A stretch of DNA of 64,000 nt, from IMG/VR virus record IMGVR_UViG_3300046167_000798. One strand, 5' to 3'. This DNA is from a virus. Lineage: Duplodnaviria > Caudoviricetes. Positions 29,751-40,218 of this stretch are shown here, one piece after another. Position numbers and translations under genes: made by a program. How positions within the stretch are numbered: position 1 is the first letter of the stretch; the number at the start of each line of letters is the position of its first letter. A model generated the notes under the pieces. It was given only the letters and a program-made list of their open reading frames with translations. It did no database searches and was not told the DNA's origin.

Positions 29751-31130
29751 TTTATATTAGCTAATCTTTCTATTTCTTGTTTTATTTTTATATTCCAAGG
29801 CCCCCATGTAATATTATCTACCATCCACTTTCTGTAATATGGTGGAATAGATGCAACAGGTTTACCTTTATACTTTCCAAAGGTCATATAAACTTTTTCT
29901 ATATCACCATCTTCGTTTTTCTTTTCTGCAAGATTGATACCACCCTCTAAGTGGATTCCTATTTCATGCATTGGAATACCTGTAATTTGTTTTTTACCTT
30001 CTCCGAACAATTCCCATTCTTCACCACCAGTATCTTTATAATATAGTTCCTCTACTTTACCAAATCTTTCAACTGAACCTACAAAATCTACAACTAAACA
30101 ATCTTCTTTATCATCGTGAATACGAGTTCCTCTACCAACAAACTGATACCACCAAGATATAGATGCGGTTGGTCTACCTGTAATCAAACAATCCAATTCA
30201 GGATAATCAAACCCAACTGTAAGTACGTTTACTTGTACAATAACTCGTATCTGTTGATTCCTAAATTCTTCTATGATTCTTTTTCTATCTTCTTTAGGTG
30301 TACCACCATGTACAACTGCTGCTTGTGGAATTCTTTTTGCAAGATTAGTAGCTTGTTCTATCGTTGGTACTGCAACTAATATAGATTTTCCTATCTTGTA
30401 CTTCAGCAATCTTCTTTACAATCTTATCACCAATGTTTTGATTCTCATAAGAACGAGCAATAGAATCTTGTGTATATTCAGCACCACTCGAATTATAAAC
30501 TAAGGCACCTGTATCGAAATCATATGATTGATATTCTAACTTACTCCAATAGTTTAACTTAACAATATCTTGAATCTGTGAAACATGAAGTATGTACTTA
30601 AAAAATACACCATGTTTAGAACGATTCGTTAACATTACTAATTTAGAATACGGACCAGTATCTCCCATATTCGTTTGCAATTTCAAGGGGGTTGCAGTAA
30701 GACCAAGGACATGAGTTGCTTTCATACCATCTACAAATCTCCTTAACTGTCCTGATTTGTTTCTTGGATACCTATCACACTCATCTATGATGATTTTACT
30801 GACCCCCATTTGTTTGAACTCGTGTGCAATATTGATTATCGAACCAATCGTTGCGTATGTTACACGACCCATTTCTTTACTACCAGCTGATGCTGAATAG
30901 ATTGATGCAGTTCCACCAAGTGTTACGAACTTATTATAGTTTTGTTCTAATAACTCTTTTGATGGTTGTAGAACCAAAATCTTTTCACCAAGTTCTTTGG
31001 CGATTGCAGCAATAACAATCGATTTACCGAAAGCAGTTGGTGCTACGATAATCGATGGTTTCATTTTTGGAGTTCGTAAAAACTCAACTCCAATTGCTAC
31101 TGGTTCTATTTGATTTTCTCTTAATTTCAA
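29747..31130 (-). CDS. SF2 DEAD/DEAH-like helicase; one +1 insertion near 30388
   Basis: APTAFGKS, IIIDECDR, GLTATP, then VLTVGFDYP, QFVGRGTR. Confidence 0.88.
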
Positions 31131-31711
31131 AGTCCTAAATCTTTTCTAATATCCTCTTTTACTACTCTTAAGTATTTTGCTCTTTTCTTTTTATCAACAA
31201 ATGGTACAGACCAGAATTGTTTTGTTTTAAACCACCTTGATGGTTTCCATCCAAATACAAATGTATATACTCCCATTACTAATCTTAACTTAACTGAATT
31301 AAGATATAAAGTAACAACAGGTAACATCGGTGCTCCATGTGTAATATATGTTCTAACTTTCTTATCACTAAGAAATGGTTTTGGATAAGCATAGTATCCA
31401 AACAAAGGAACAAATTTATATGCAAATCCTGGAGTGAATACCTCATCGAAGAATGTTTCCATCTTTGGAGTCATTCTAAACCACCACACAGGTGATACAA
31501 AGTAAATGTGAGTTGACCATGTAACCAATCTCTTATATTCCTTAATTAACTCTGTTCTATCACGATGTAGTTTATCATCATACACATCAATAACTTCAAA
31601 CACTTCTTTGTGTCTTTTCATTTGTCTTACAATAGTTTTAAATATACCATTGTAACAAAATGATTTTTGGTCAGGATGTCCGATTACTACTAAATGTTTT
31701 TTTGTGCTCAA
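31127..31711 (-). CDS. Flavodoxin-like NAD(P)H:quinone oxidoreductase (MdaB/KefF-like)
   Basis: VVIGHPDQKSF, FVSPVWWFRMTPKMETFFDEVF.PGFAY. Confidence 0.85.
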   Translation of the reverse strand: MSTKKHLVVIGHPDQKSFCYNGIFKTIVRQMKRHKEVFEVIDVYDDKLHRDRTELIKEYKRLVTWSTHIYFVSPVWWFRMTPKMETFFDEVFTPGFAYKFVPLFGYYAYPKPFLSDKKVRTYITHGAPMLPVVTLYLNSVKLRLVMGVYTFVFGWKPSRWFKTKQFWSVPFVDKKKRAKYLRVVKEDIRKDLGL

Positions 31712-31712
31712 T

Positions 31713-31931
31713 TTACTTTAATTTATATTTCTTTTTATATCGTTCTACAAAAGAAATTCCTACTCCTATATCAAGTATTTCATTTTCTTTTGGTATAAGT
31801 GGTTTTCTTTTTGTGGTAGTAATTATATCATCAACTCGTGTGTTCTCAAATACTTCCATTATAACTCTTGAGTTTTTACGAGGGCCTTTATGAACCACTA
31901 CTATTTCTAATATTCTATTTGTATTAGCCAT
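31713..31931 (-). CDS. Hypothetical protein
   Basis: 72-aa ORF in the operon. Confidence 0.55.
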   Translation of the reverse strand: MANTNRILEIVVVHKGPRKNSRVIMEVFENTRVDDIITTTKRKPLIPKENEILDIGVGISFVERYKKKYKLK

Positions 31932-32079
31932 TAGTTATTAGACCATATATAATCATACAAATTAAAATACCACCCAAACCTAAACATCCAATTGTCAATA
32001 CTTTCAAATTGTCTGAATATTGTTTATCACTTCTACCCTGCCTACTTCTATACTGTCTTACTTTTTTTGATTTTTTCAT
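31924..32079 (-). CDS. Small membrane protein, 51 aa
   Basis: MKKSKKVRQYRSRQGRSDKQYSDN followed by a hydrophobic tail. Fills the gap between neighbouring genes. Confidence 0.5.
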   Translation of the reverse strand: MKKSKKVRQYRSRQGRSDKQYSDNLKVLTIGCLGLGGILICMIIYGLITNG

Positions 32080-32080
32080 G

Positions 32081-32386
32081 TTATTCATCTTTTACAAATA
32101 CACCACCAACTGTTTTACCTTTTCTATCAGCAATCTCATCGTATGCTAATTGTAAACATTCTGTTGGTGAATATCCTAACTGTTGTGCAAGGATAATAAG
32201 AGTTACGAAAGAATCTCCAATTCCATCTTTAATCTCATCTTCCTTTCCTTTGAGTAATGCTCCAGCAGTTTCGCCCACTTCTTCCATTACCTTTAACATT
32301 TGTTTTGGTGCGTTTTCAGGTTTATCAATACCCTTTTCTATTGCCCAATTTCTTACTTTAATTTCTAATTCTGTAAATGTTATCAT
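32081..32386 (-). CDS. MazG-like nucleotide pyrophosphohydrolase
   Basis: KVMEEVGETA...IKDGIGD.FVTL...AYDEIADRKG. Confidence 0.85.
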   Translation of the reverse strand: MITFTELEIKVRNWAIEKGIDKPENAPKQMLKVMEEVGETAGALLKGKEDEIKDGIGDSFVTLIILAQQLGYSPTECLQLAYDEIADRKGKTVGGVFVKDE

Positions 32387-32570
32387 ATTATTTAATTAAA
32401 TTTTATTATCGTGATGTCTTTCTTTAATCTTTTTATATTTCTTTTTAAGATTTTTAGCATCAGCTTGTTTTCTTTTTTCTACTGTATCAACAACTTCTTT
32501 AACTTTTTTTCTTTTCTCTCTTGCTGATTCTGATTTTTGTAATCGTTTTGCTCTATCCATAATTTAGTTT

Positions 32571-32885
32571 TTAACATAATTCACATTCTGGCATAAACCA
32601 AACGATTAGTATGATTACAATAATAGCGATTATTGTTACTAATACCTGAACTGGTTTATTTTGTTTTTCTTTCCAAGCTTTCATTCTCAATCCCCACTTT
32701 GTACCAACTCTATCTGCCCAATCAAATCCTCTACCAACCAAATCGAATGGTGGTACTTTTAAAATGGTTAAAAAGAAAATAAGGAATCCTTCGAATCCAT
32801 ATCCTTCTTGAAACATCATCCATATAGATGCTACTAAGAAGTACCATCCAATATATTTCTGTAAGTGTTGTTTTATTTTATTCAT
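32571..32885 (-). CDS. Hypothetical membrane protein
   Basis: Several hydrophobic segments. Confidence 0.55.
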   Translation of the reverse strand: MNKIKQHLQKYIGWYFLVASIWMMFQEGYGFEGFLIFFLTILKVPPFDLVGRGFDWADRVGTKWGLRMKAWKEKQNKPVQVLVTIIAIIVIILIVWFMPECELC

Positions 32886-33825
32886 AACTTGATGTATTTA
32901 ATAATCCACTATACTCACATTTATTAGAATTAATATATGGAAGTATAGATAATTCTTTTGCCTTAGCCTCAACCATAACATCTACATTGTTACCATATAA
33001 ATCAGGTAACTCATTGATGTAATCAGAATGAGCCTGTGGTTTTAGTTTATCATTACCTTCGTGTAATTGTTTTGATTCTGAATAATGAACCATTGGTGTA
33101 ATACCCTTAGGCCAAGTTGATATTGCCAACTCTAATGCTTCTTGTTCGGATAAATCACCTGTACAGAATTTGTGGTGATGATAATCAAATACAATAGGAA
33201 TACCAATACGTTCATGTATGTACATCAAATCTTTTACTGAGTACATAGATGCTTTATCATCGTTCTCTACTGTTAATCTTGTTTGTACTGATTCTGGTAA
33301 TCTCTCAAAGTTTTTACAGAATCTATCCATAGCAGATTGTTTATCACCATACACACCATTACAATGTATATTAAGTTTGTTGTATGGAGTACGAGATAAT
33401 CCCATCATATCAAATACTTTACCATGTAATGATAAATCAGTAATAGTATTTTCTACAACGTGCTCACGAGGAGATACTAGTACATTGAATGGGCCAGGAT
33501 GTGATGTAATACGAATACCATTATCGGTAGCATATTTACCACAAGCTTGTAGTATTGTTTCGATACGTTTATAGTATGGAGAATTTTCAATACCATATTC
33601 AGAAGCCCAAGGAAATATATCCGAGGATAATCTGAAACATTTTATGTTGTGTTTATTGTTCCATTCTAGTATAGTGAATAAATCTCTAGCATTTTGTAAA
33701 GATAATTCACCAGCATAATCAATACCTTTCTCTAAGAAGGTACGTTTAATCATTGAACGATTAGTAGTAACTTTTGGTTTGTTTTTACCAAGAGTCATGT
33801 TGATACAGGCATAACCTAAATTCAT
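32878..33825 (-). CDS. uvsE: UV-damage endonuclease
   Basis: LGYACIN, FRLSSD, RITSHPG, NIH, LTVENDD, VFDYHHH, HYSES, AHSDYI, MVEAKAKE. Confidence 0.93.
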   Translation of the reverse strand: MNLGYACINMTLGKNKPKVTTNRSMIKRTFLEKGIDYAGELSLQNARDLFTILEWNNKHNIKCFRLSSDIFPWASEYGIENSPYYKRIETILQACGKYATDNGIRITSHPGPFNVLVSPREHVVENTITDLSLHGKVFDMMGLSRTPYNKLNIHCNGVYGDKQSAMDRFCKNFERLPESVQTRLTVENDDKASMYSVKDLMYIHERIGIPIVFDYHHHKFCTGDLSEQEALELAISTWPKGITPMVHYSESKQLHEGNDKLKPQAHSDYINELPDLYGNNVDVMVEAKAKELSILPYINSNKCEYSGLLNTSSYE

Positions 33826-33854
33826 AATATATAGTTTTACGTTTTATTTACAAA

Positions 33855-33888
33855 GTAAATATACGAAAAATATTTGATATATCCAAAT
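33855..33888 (-). promoter_or_regulatory. Early promoter
   Basis: TTTG-gatatatcaaatatttttcg-TATATTTA. Confidence 0.75.
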
Positions 33889-33891
33889 CTT

Positions 33892-34653
33892 TTATCTATT
33901 TTTTTTAAAAAAATTTGTTAAAACTTCCGCATGAATTTGATTTCCTACTTTACCATAATGAGAATCAGGATTTTTATAATCAGTTTCCCAACAAATAGGG
34001 CCTGCTTTATAATCTTCCCAAATCATCCATCCATAGTTACGATAGTTAGGGTGAGCGTGATAAAATATCCATCTATCATTCGGTATTCTTCCTTCACTTA
34101 CATAATCTGTAAATGTTCCACTCCAATCCCAATACCACAAATCAAATCCAACTAAATCACTAAGAGCTTCTATACTTTTAAGTTTTTGAAGAAAATCATA
34201 TCTAGTAAATGAATACTCATCTCTGTTTATTAAAATATCTTCAATAGTTTTTTTTCTAACAAGTTCCTCTTCATCTGCTACATGGAATGTTTTAATATAA
34301 TCTTCGGATACAGCCCAATCAAATCTTGTTACATCAGTAAATCCAAACAAAACAATATCTCCTTTTTTAAAATCAGAACAAAAGTGATTTAAAAGATTTA
34401 GAGCCGAATCATTACTATTACCACTATTTAGATGTTCTAATGTAATTCCTGTTTGGAAACAAGCATGATTTTGATATTGTAGATTTAGATTTCGTGATAA
34501 TATTTCACCCCAAGAATCAAATACTTTACCATTAAGATGTTCTTTGATATATAACCATACTTGGTCATTATTATTTTTTCTTTCTGGCTTAATTTTAAAT
34601 CGTATCTTGTGGTCCCAACTAAAACTATCACCAAATACCCAAAGTGTATTCAT
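33892..34653 (-). CDS. SGNH-like hydrolase/acyltransferase
   Basis: LWVFGDSFS near the N-terminus and DSHYG..GN near the C-terminus. Confidence 0.6.
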   Translation of the reverse strand: MNTLWVFGDSFSWDHKIRFKIKPERKNNNDQVWLYIKEHLNGKVFDSWGEILSRNLNLQYQNHACFQTGITLEHLNSGNSNDSALNLLNHFCSDFKKGDIVLFGFTDVTRFDWAVSEDYIKTFHVADEEELVRKKTIEDILINRDEYSFTRYDFLQKLKSIEALSDLVGFDLWYWDWSGTFTDYVSEGRIPNDRWIFYHAHPNYRNYGWMIWEDYKAGPICWETDYKNPDSHYGKVGNQIHAEVLTNFFKKNR

Positions 34654-35012
34654 TATAGAGAAAAACTTTCACCACATCCACAAGTTCTTTGTGCATTAGG
34701 ATTAGACCATTCAAATCCCTTACCATTCAATCCACTTGAATAATCTAATTGTGAACCATAAAGATATAAAGAAGATTGTTTATCTACTACAAGTTTTATA
34801 GTATCTAAATCAAATGATGTATCTCCATCTAGTGTATCTGATTTTTCTCCAAATTCCATGAAGTATTGTAATCCACTACACCCCCCACTTAAAACACCAA
34901 CTCGTAGATGATGTGTATCGGGTGATTTATTTTCTTCTTTTAAACTTTGTACTAGTTGGTTCTTTGCTCTATCTGTGATTGTAACACTCATGTTAATAAG
35001 TTTTTGAATCAA
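34653..35012 (-). CDS. iscA: A-type Fe-S cluster carrier (IscA/HesB)
   Basis: LRVGVLSGGCSGLQY, LDY...GFEWSNPNAQRTCGCGESF (three conserved Cys). Confidence 0.93.
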   Translation of the reverse strand: MIQKLINMSVTITDRAKNQLVQSLKEENKSPDTHHLRVGVLSGGCSGLQYFMEFGEKSDTLDGDTSFDLDTIKLVVDKQSSLYLYGSQLDYSSGLNGKGFEWSNPNAQRTCGCGESFSL

Positions 35013-36271
35013 AGTTATCAGGATACTTTGATTTATTAATTTGATTTTTTATTGTATCTAATGAATTTTGAGTACCTCCTTTATGATTTAACCAATAGCT
35101 TATTGCACCTCTATCATTAATCCATCTTTCTCTTTTATTCCAATCAAACCAAGGATGATAATAATAGGGGTCTCCTTTATAAGAGTTTTTCCAACCTACT
35201 GATTCATAAAATTCTTTTTTTTCTTTTTCAGTTACAACACCATCTTTATCTAAATCAGCTTCATCATATTCTTCATCTTCTAAACCATCGTTAATAGTAT
35301 TATCCCATAATCCCATTTCTTGGTCATTATCAATTATGGTTTGTAGATGTTCTTCTGTATCATTCAATACATTATCTAAAGTTTCTTCTAAGCTTTCTAT
35401 TTTAGAATCCTTATCATCACTATCATCATCTTCACCATATAACTCTCTCTTACGAACTACTTTATCTTTTTTTACGATTCCTCTATCAACCATTACTGCG
35501 TTGTTAAATGCAATTACAAGTGCAACTGCAAGTGGGTCAAATACAAAGATAATAATTAGAATAAACCAGTTAATAATCTGGTCCATAGGTCTATCTAATA
35601 ATCCACTAAGATATTCAAGTGGTCCTAATTCGGATGATACACCTTCCATTGATTCTAAATCTAATATCTTTAACTGAATAGATTGTAATGAATCCGATGC
35701 TACTTCTCTTTTCGCTTGAACAGATTTACGATTCTCTTCTTCAACTTCGATACGTTTTTGTGCCAACCTAAGTTCGGAAGTTGATATCGTGGTTCTAACG
35801 CCTCCAACCACCGAGGTGTCTCGTACTTGGATTTGTTGAGATTTAGCATTGGAAAGAGTACCAATGTTAGTAGAAATTCTTTTAAGTTCTTCATCATATC
35901 TTATTACATCATCACCCCAAAACTGTTCTTTCTGTTCTAGGAATGCTAATTGTTTTTCTTTTATACTGTATTGATTAAATGTATCTTGAAATGCAGATGT
36001 TAAAAATCCATAGATACCTAATGATGTTATAAGGATTAGGATAACTACTGCAATACTTAGATAGATTCTAAATGATTTGTTTATCCTTTTCCCAATAGTT
36101 GTAAAGGTATCCTGCAGTAATAAGTTTAGCTAGTTCTAATGAACTTGCCATTATTATTACAGAAAAAGATGCACCAGCAAATAGTTTCGATAATCCACTT
36201 ACCGAAAAGAACGCAGCATTAAACGCTACAAATAATGCGGATAACCCCAATAATATTGTTCTAAATTTCAT
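34993..36271 (-). CDS. Membrane protein with a long coiled coil; one +1 insertion near 36084
   Basis: ORFs 36068..36271 and 34993..35811 join through YWEKINKSFRIYLSIAVV...DTSVVGGVRTT. Confidence 0.65.
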
Positions 36272-36277
36272 AAAGAG

Positions 36278-36457
36278 TTACCCCCTTTCAATAAATTCCT
36301 TGACTTCTTCGAGTGATTTCTCAATTTGTTGTAAATAAGTACTAGCTGTTTTAGGGTCAGCTGGTCTTTCACCTGTTACCATTTCTTTTACTACTTTAGA
36401 TTTGTTTACACATGAATCTAGTACGTTTGAAACTTTTTGTTTGTAAATATCTTTCAT
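36278..36457 (-). CDS. Small protein, 59 aa
   Basis: MKDIYKQKVSNVLDSCVNKSKVVKEMVTGERPADP..., preceded by TATTTATA at 36480-36487. Confidence 0.6.
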   Translation of the reverse strand: MKDIYKQKVSNVLDSCVNKSKVVKEMVTGERPADPKTASTYLQQIEKSLEEVKEFIERG

Positions 36458-36496
36458 TTGATATAGTTTATTGTATAAGTATAAATATTAAGATAT

Positions 36497-36523
36497 AAAA
36501 AAAGGGGAAATTAATCCCCTTTT
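36497..36523 (-). terminator. Rho-independent terminator after Hsp20
   Basis: AAAGGGGA-ttaatt-TCCCCTTT followed by a T-run. Confidence 0.8.
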
Positions 36524-36545
36524 CTTATTTTTGATTAATTGAGTT

Positions 36546-36917
36546 TTAATAAGAAATCTTTAAAGACTTTGCCTTTTTGTTTACTTTCTTATCAATGAGG
36601 AGAGTGAGTAACCCATTATCAAATTTAGCAGTTGTTTTTGTACCATCGTAATCAGTACCAACTGTTAATACTAAATCAATCTCCTTAACAAAAGAAGAAG
36701 TAGCTTCTCCTTTTTTAGATTTGATTGTAATTTCCTCTTCAGTAACATCTACTGTAATATCTTTTGGATTATGTCCAATAGTGTTAATTGTAACTTGTTG
36801 TTTACCATCTTCTAATGTTGTTGCTTCAAATTGTGAATTCAATCTATCAGTTGGTTTTGTTGTATAGATATCCTTAAAAAAGTTATCTACGAAATTTTCA
36901 TTAATTGTGTAAAACAT
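36546..36917 (-). CDS. Small heat-shock protein (Hsp20/alpha-crystallin)
   Basis: INTIGHNPKDITVDV.EE.ITIK...AKFDNGLLTLLI. Confidence 0.75.
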   Translation of the reverse strand: MFYTINENFVDNFFKDIYTTKPTDRLNSQFEATTLEDGKQQVTINTIGHNPKDITVDVTEEEITIKSKKGEATSSFVKEIDLVLTVGTDYDGTKTTAKFDNGLLTLLIDKKVNKKAKSLKISY

Positions 36918-36994
36918 AATATTCCTTTTTTTAATTATACATTTACTATATATTGTACCAAATTCATACCAATCTATTTTGTCAAGGTATAGTA

Positions 36995-37039
36995 TGACAT
37001 TTTGTCAGTTTTGTAAGGTTATAGTATGACAAAGTGTCA
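36995..37039. promoter_or_regulatory. Two TGACA-N3-TGTCA palindromes upstream of Hsp20
   Basis: 36995-37007 and 37027-37039, 32 bp apart. Confidence 0.65.
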
Positions 37040-37384
37040 TTCTGTGTCAGGTTCGATTTCAAGACCGGTTAAGGCTCTGTATAATATTTCTAAAGATTCT
37101 TCGTTCATACAAAACCCCAATCCATTTGAATTTGCAAGTTCTACTATAAACTCTCCCTTCTTTATACCAAACTCTTCATATTCATCATCTGAACTAGATA
37201 CTAGAGTAACACAATCATCTTCAGGATTATCCTTTGGAATAGGTAATACATAATATGTGTGATAAAGTGGTTCGCCTGATTCTTCATCATATCCATCTTT
37301 TTCACTATACTCTTCCCACTCTTGTCTTTCAAAAGTTTCTTTGGTTATGGGTACTAATGGAAACTCTATGAAATCTTTTTTCAT
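37037..37384 (-). CDS. Hypothetical acidic protein
   Basis: 115-aa ORF. Confidence 0.6.
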   Translation of the reverse strand: MKKDFIEFPLVPITKETFERQEWEEYSEKDGYDEESGEPLYHTYYVLPIPKDNPEDDCVTLVSSSDDEYEEFGIKKGEFIVELANSNGLGFCMNEESLEILYRALTGLEIEPDTE

Positions 37385-37854
37385 TCAAGAACTATCTTTA
37401 TAGTATCTGTAATAAGATATTCTCTAATAGTACCTGTTAGTATAAGAGTATCTCCTACCATTGTATTGATTGGTGCTATTACATTATGAACCTTACCATC
37501 AACCACATAAGATGCTTGATTAGATGTACTTACATCCTCTCCTTGATAAGTCCAAGTAAGATTACTATCCCAACTTACCTTTAATGGTTCATTAGAATAA
37601 TAGTTATCAACAGTACCACTTACTGTATGTATTGTTTGATTTGTATCTTGGTTTAGTGTTAAATGATAATACCCATTACCATCCATCGGTAATCTACCAT
37701 CTATATCTAATGTAGGTTCTTCTAATACTAATATATCATCATCTGGTACTGTACAACTTACAAAAGATGCGAATACTGCTAGTACCGCTATGATAAGAAT
37801 TATTAGTTTAATTCCATCTAATGCGAATTTTTCGGTTTGTTCTTTTCTATTCAT
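37381..37854 (-). CDS. Lipoprotein
   Basis: Hydrophobic stretch ending FASFVSC, followed by acidic residues. Confidence 0.6.
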   Translation of the reverse strand: MNRKEQTEKFALDGIKLIILIIAVLAVFASFVSCTVPDDDILVLEEPTLDIDGRLPMDGNGYYHLTLNQDTNQTIHTVSGTVDNYYSNEPLKVSWDSNLTWTYQGEDVSTSNQASYVVDGKVHNVIAPINTMVGDTLILTGTIREYLITDTIKIVLE

Positions 37855-38372
37855 TATAATAATTTTTCCAATATACTATCCCAAGTTGGATATTCATTTG
37901 GTTTGTTATCGTTTTCCCAATCAAATCCAAATCTTAATAGTTTACCACTAAACTCACCAGCTCCATTTTTCAATCTATCATCGATAAGGTAATCACCCAT
38001 CAACAAATCTTTTCTGTGAGTAGTAAACATTCTCTTGTGAAAGATATCACCAAAGTAATCTTCTAACCAAAATCTTTTATCAGTAAGAGATTGTGGGTTA
38101 CCCCATGGAGCGGAAGTAGCTATGAATAATTCATACTTACCACTATCGTGTAATTTTTTTACTGCCTCAATTGCTCCTTTCATTGGTGGAGCTATTCTGA
38201 ATAATCCTTGGATGTGGTCAGGAAAAGTTTCATACCTCCCCTTTAAATGTGGATGATTAGTAAACCAATCTTCGATTGCTTTACCGAAATCAACTAATAC
38301 TCCATCCATATCGATGTAAACTATTTTTTTCTTCAATACTTTTTGTTTTTTATGGTTATTATTATCACTCAT
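37854..38372 (-). CDS. 5'(3')-deoxyribonucleotidase, HAD family
   Basis: YIDMDGVLVDF, IATSAPW, KRFWL, GDYLIDDR. Confidence 0.88.
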   Translation of the reverse strand: MSDNNNHKKQKVLKKKIVYIDMDGVLVDFGKAIEDWFTNHPHLKGRYETFPDHIQGLFRIAPPMKGAIEAVKKLHDSGKYELFIATSAPWGNPQSLTDKRFWLEDYFGDIFHKRMFTTHRKDLLMGDYLIDDRLKNGAGEFSGKLLRFGFDWENDNKPNEYPTWDSILEKLL

Positions 38373-38379
38373 TTACTAT

Positions 38380-38414
38380 GTAAATATACGAAAAATATTT
38401 GGATTTACCAAATA
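38380..38414 (-). promoter_or_regulatory. Early promoter
   Basis: TTTG-gtaaatccaaatatttttcg-TATATTTA. Confidence 0.75.
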
Positions 38415-38441
38415 TTTTCGTAGTTATTTTACTTTATTTAT

Positions 38442-38609
38442 TATTTTATGTGAGACCTAAATCCCATTACTGGTACATGGCCTGTGATTTCTATTTCTCT
38501 TTTCTTGATAAATTGTTTAGATACTTTAAGGGTTTCTAAATCAGTTTCATTCATTACCCAATCTTTGAAAAGGTAAGTTAGTAATTTACTTTTAATTGTT
38601 TTTATCATA
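38442..38609 (-). CDS. Small hypothetical protein, 55 aa
   Basis: Read by hand: MIKTIKSKLLTYLFKDWV... Confidence 0.5.
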
Positions 38610-38619
38610 ATTTTAAGAT

Positions 38620-38811
38620 TTATATTATTTGTGATTTATCTATTAGTGTGTTTACAGTTCCTATTATACTACTACCATAATCTACTGATACTCTAATACA
38701 ACCATTAAGGTCTGCATCAAATTCACATTGGTAGTTATTATCGGTAACAATTCCTTCTTGGATTTGTCCATACTTGTTTTCAAATTTTATTTTATCGTTT
38801 ACTTTTATCAT
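38620..38811 (-). CDS. Small hypothetical early protein
   Basis: 63-aa ORF. Confidence 0.55.
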   Translation of the reverse strand: MIKVNDKIKFENKYGQIQEGIVTDNNYQCEFDADLNGCIRVSVDYGSSIIGTVNTLIDKSQII

Positions 38812-38812
38812 A

Positions 38813-38968
38813 TTAAAATTGTATTAAATCAATGGCCATTTCACCAGTTGGGTTTCCATTTTTGGTTATTTCGTAGTTGGGGTCTGAACCATTTATTATT
38901 ACATAATTTACTAACTCGCCAATCGAGTCAAAAGTTTCAGAAAAATAAGAACAATCTAAAGAATACAT
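38813..38968 (-). CDS. Small hypothetical early protein, 51 aa
   Basis: MYSLDCSYFSETFDSIGELVNYVIINGSDPNYEITKNG..., directly after the promoter at 39004. Confidence 0.6.
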   Translation of the reverse strand: MYSLDCSYFSETFDSIGELVNYVIINGSDPNYEITKNGNPTGEMAIDLIQF

Positions 38969-38989
38969 AGTTTAAGTTTTAAGTGTTAT

Positions 38990-39057
38990 TAATTATTTAC
39001 ATAGTAAATATACGAAAAATAAATGATATATCCAAGCAAAAAGTGAATTATTTTTGA
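38990..39057 (-). repeat. Early-promoter cassette, repeated at about 39502-39566 and 62806-62868
   Basis: Near-identical ttatttacatagtaaatatacgaaa...ccaagc...gtgaattatttt blocks. Confidence 0.75.
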
Positions 39058-39067
39058 TTTTTTTTTT

Positions 39068-39144
39068 TGGTGAACCAGACAGGATTCGAACCTGTGACCG
39101 TCTGCTTAGAAGGCAGATGCTCTATCCAACTGAGCTACTGGTCC
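39068..39144 (-). tRNA. tRNA-Arg(TCT), CCA encoded
   Basis: GGACCAGTAGCTCAGTTGGATAGAGCATCTGCCT-TCT-AAGCAGACGGTCACAGGTTCGAATCCTGTCTGGTTCACCA. Confidence 0.95.
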
Positions 39145-39171
39145 ATACTGTTACGATATAGGTTGTGATTT

Positions 39172-39480
39172 TTATTTTAGGTATTCTGGTCCGAAGTAAC
39201 TCCACTTATCAGTTCCATCAAAGATGTTTCCTCGTGAATGTTTGGCCGGTTGGCTCCAAGTAGCGGGTTTAAGTAAATCTCCTTTACAAACAAGAGTACC
39301 TTTGAAAACACCCTCCCACATAGAAACAAAAGCCCATACTGAACCTTCATCTATTAGTTTCATATACTTCTGTCCTTTTTTTACAGTTAAGGGAGTATAT
39401 GGTTTATAGGAATAGTTTTTGTCCCAATGTTCTTTTCTCTTTTGATTAACTTCATCAAGCCACAATTCAAATTTACTCAT
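39172..39480 (-). CDS. Conserved phage early protein
   Basis: WAFV...GDLLKPATWSQPAKHSRGNIF, with an early promoter at 39516-39548. Confidence 0.65.
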   Translation of the reverse strand: MSKFELWLDEVNQKRKEHWDKNYSYKPYTPLTVKKGQKYMKLIDEGSVWAFVSMWEGVFKGTLVCKGDLLKPATWSQPAKHSRGNIFDGTDKWSYFGPEYLK

Positions 39481-39564
39481 AGGTTTTATCTTTAGTGTTA
39501 TTAATTATTTACATAGTAAATATACGAAAAATAAATGAGAAATCCAAGCCGAAAGTGAATTATT

Positions 39565-40218
39565 TTAAAATAATTTTGTTGGGTCACCAAACTGTCTATA
39601 TCTAAATTGTGGGTCTAATCGTTCATTGAGTAGATTAGAATCTATATTAGGTATCGCCCATTCTTGTATTATCTCTAAAGATTTGATTCTATCTTCTCCA
39701 TATAAATCCTCATACCAAGTTATCGGTATATTAAGAATAGTAGATAGTTCTTTAAGTAATTGTTTTGATTCAATCAAATCTACTTGCTTCTTCTTTTGTA
39801 AAAAATTATTAATATATTCAGATGGTATCTCTTCATACTTGTATTTTAAATGTACCGATTTTTTATCATAATCCATTTTGTAATGTAAGTTTATATAACT
39901 TTCCAAGTGGATTTTATAATCTCTCCTATCTAATAAAATAATTTTATCAAATTCTTTTGCAAACAAGGTAATAGAAAATTCTTTATCTTTTGTGTATTTT
40001 GGTAAAGGTAATTGTTGAATATTAGAATTATCAGAAAATAGAAGGTGCTTAACAGCAATATCTGTTTTATATGAATCCCATCTTAGAGGCCATGGATATT
40101 TATTTTTATGCAGGGGTCTATTATATGGTTCAGATATTTTTTCAAAACCTTGGTCAGCTATTCTATAAAGTAGAGTAGATGTTCCTGTTCTAGGTAGAGC
40201 AAGTATTAATACTTTCAT
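39565..40218 (-). CDS. Sulfotransferase-like protein
   Basis: ILALPRTGTSTL PAPS-binding loop; IILLDRRD; ITWYEDL. Confidence 0.65.
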   Translation of the reverse strand: MKVLILALPRTGTSTLLYRIADQGFEKISEPYNRPLHKNKYPWPLRWDSYKTDIAVKHLLFSDNSNIQQLPLPKYTKDKEFSITLFAKEFDKIILLDRRDYKIHLESYINLHYKMDYDKKSVHLKYKYEEIPSEYINNFLQKKKQVDLIESKQLLKELSTILNIPITWYEDLYGEDRIKSLEIIQEWAIPNIDSNLLNERLDPQFRYRQFGDPTKLF

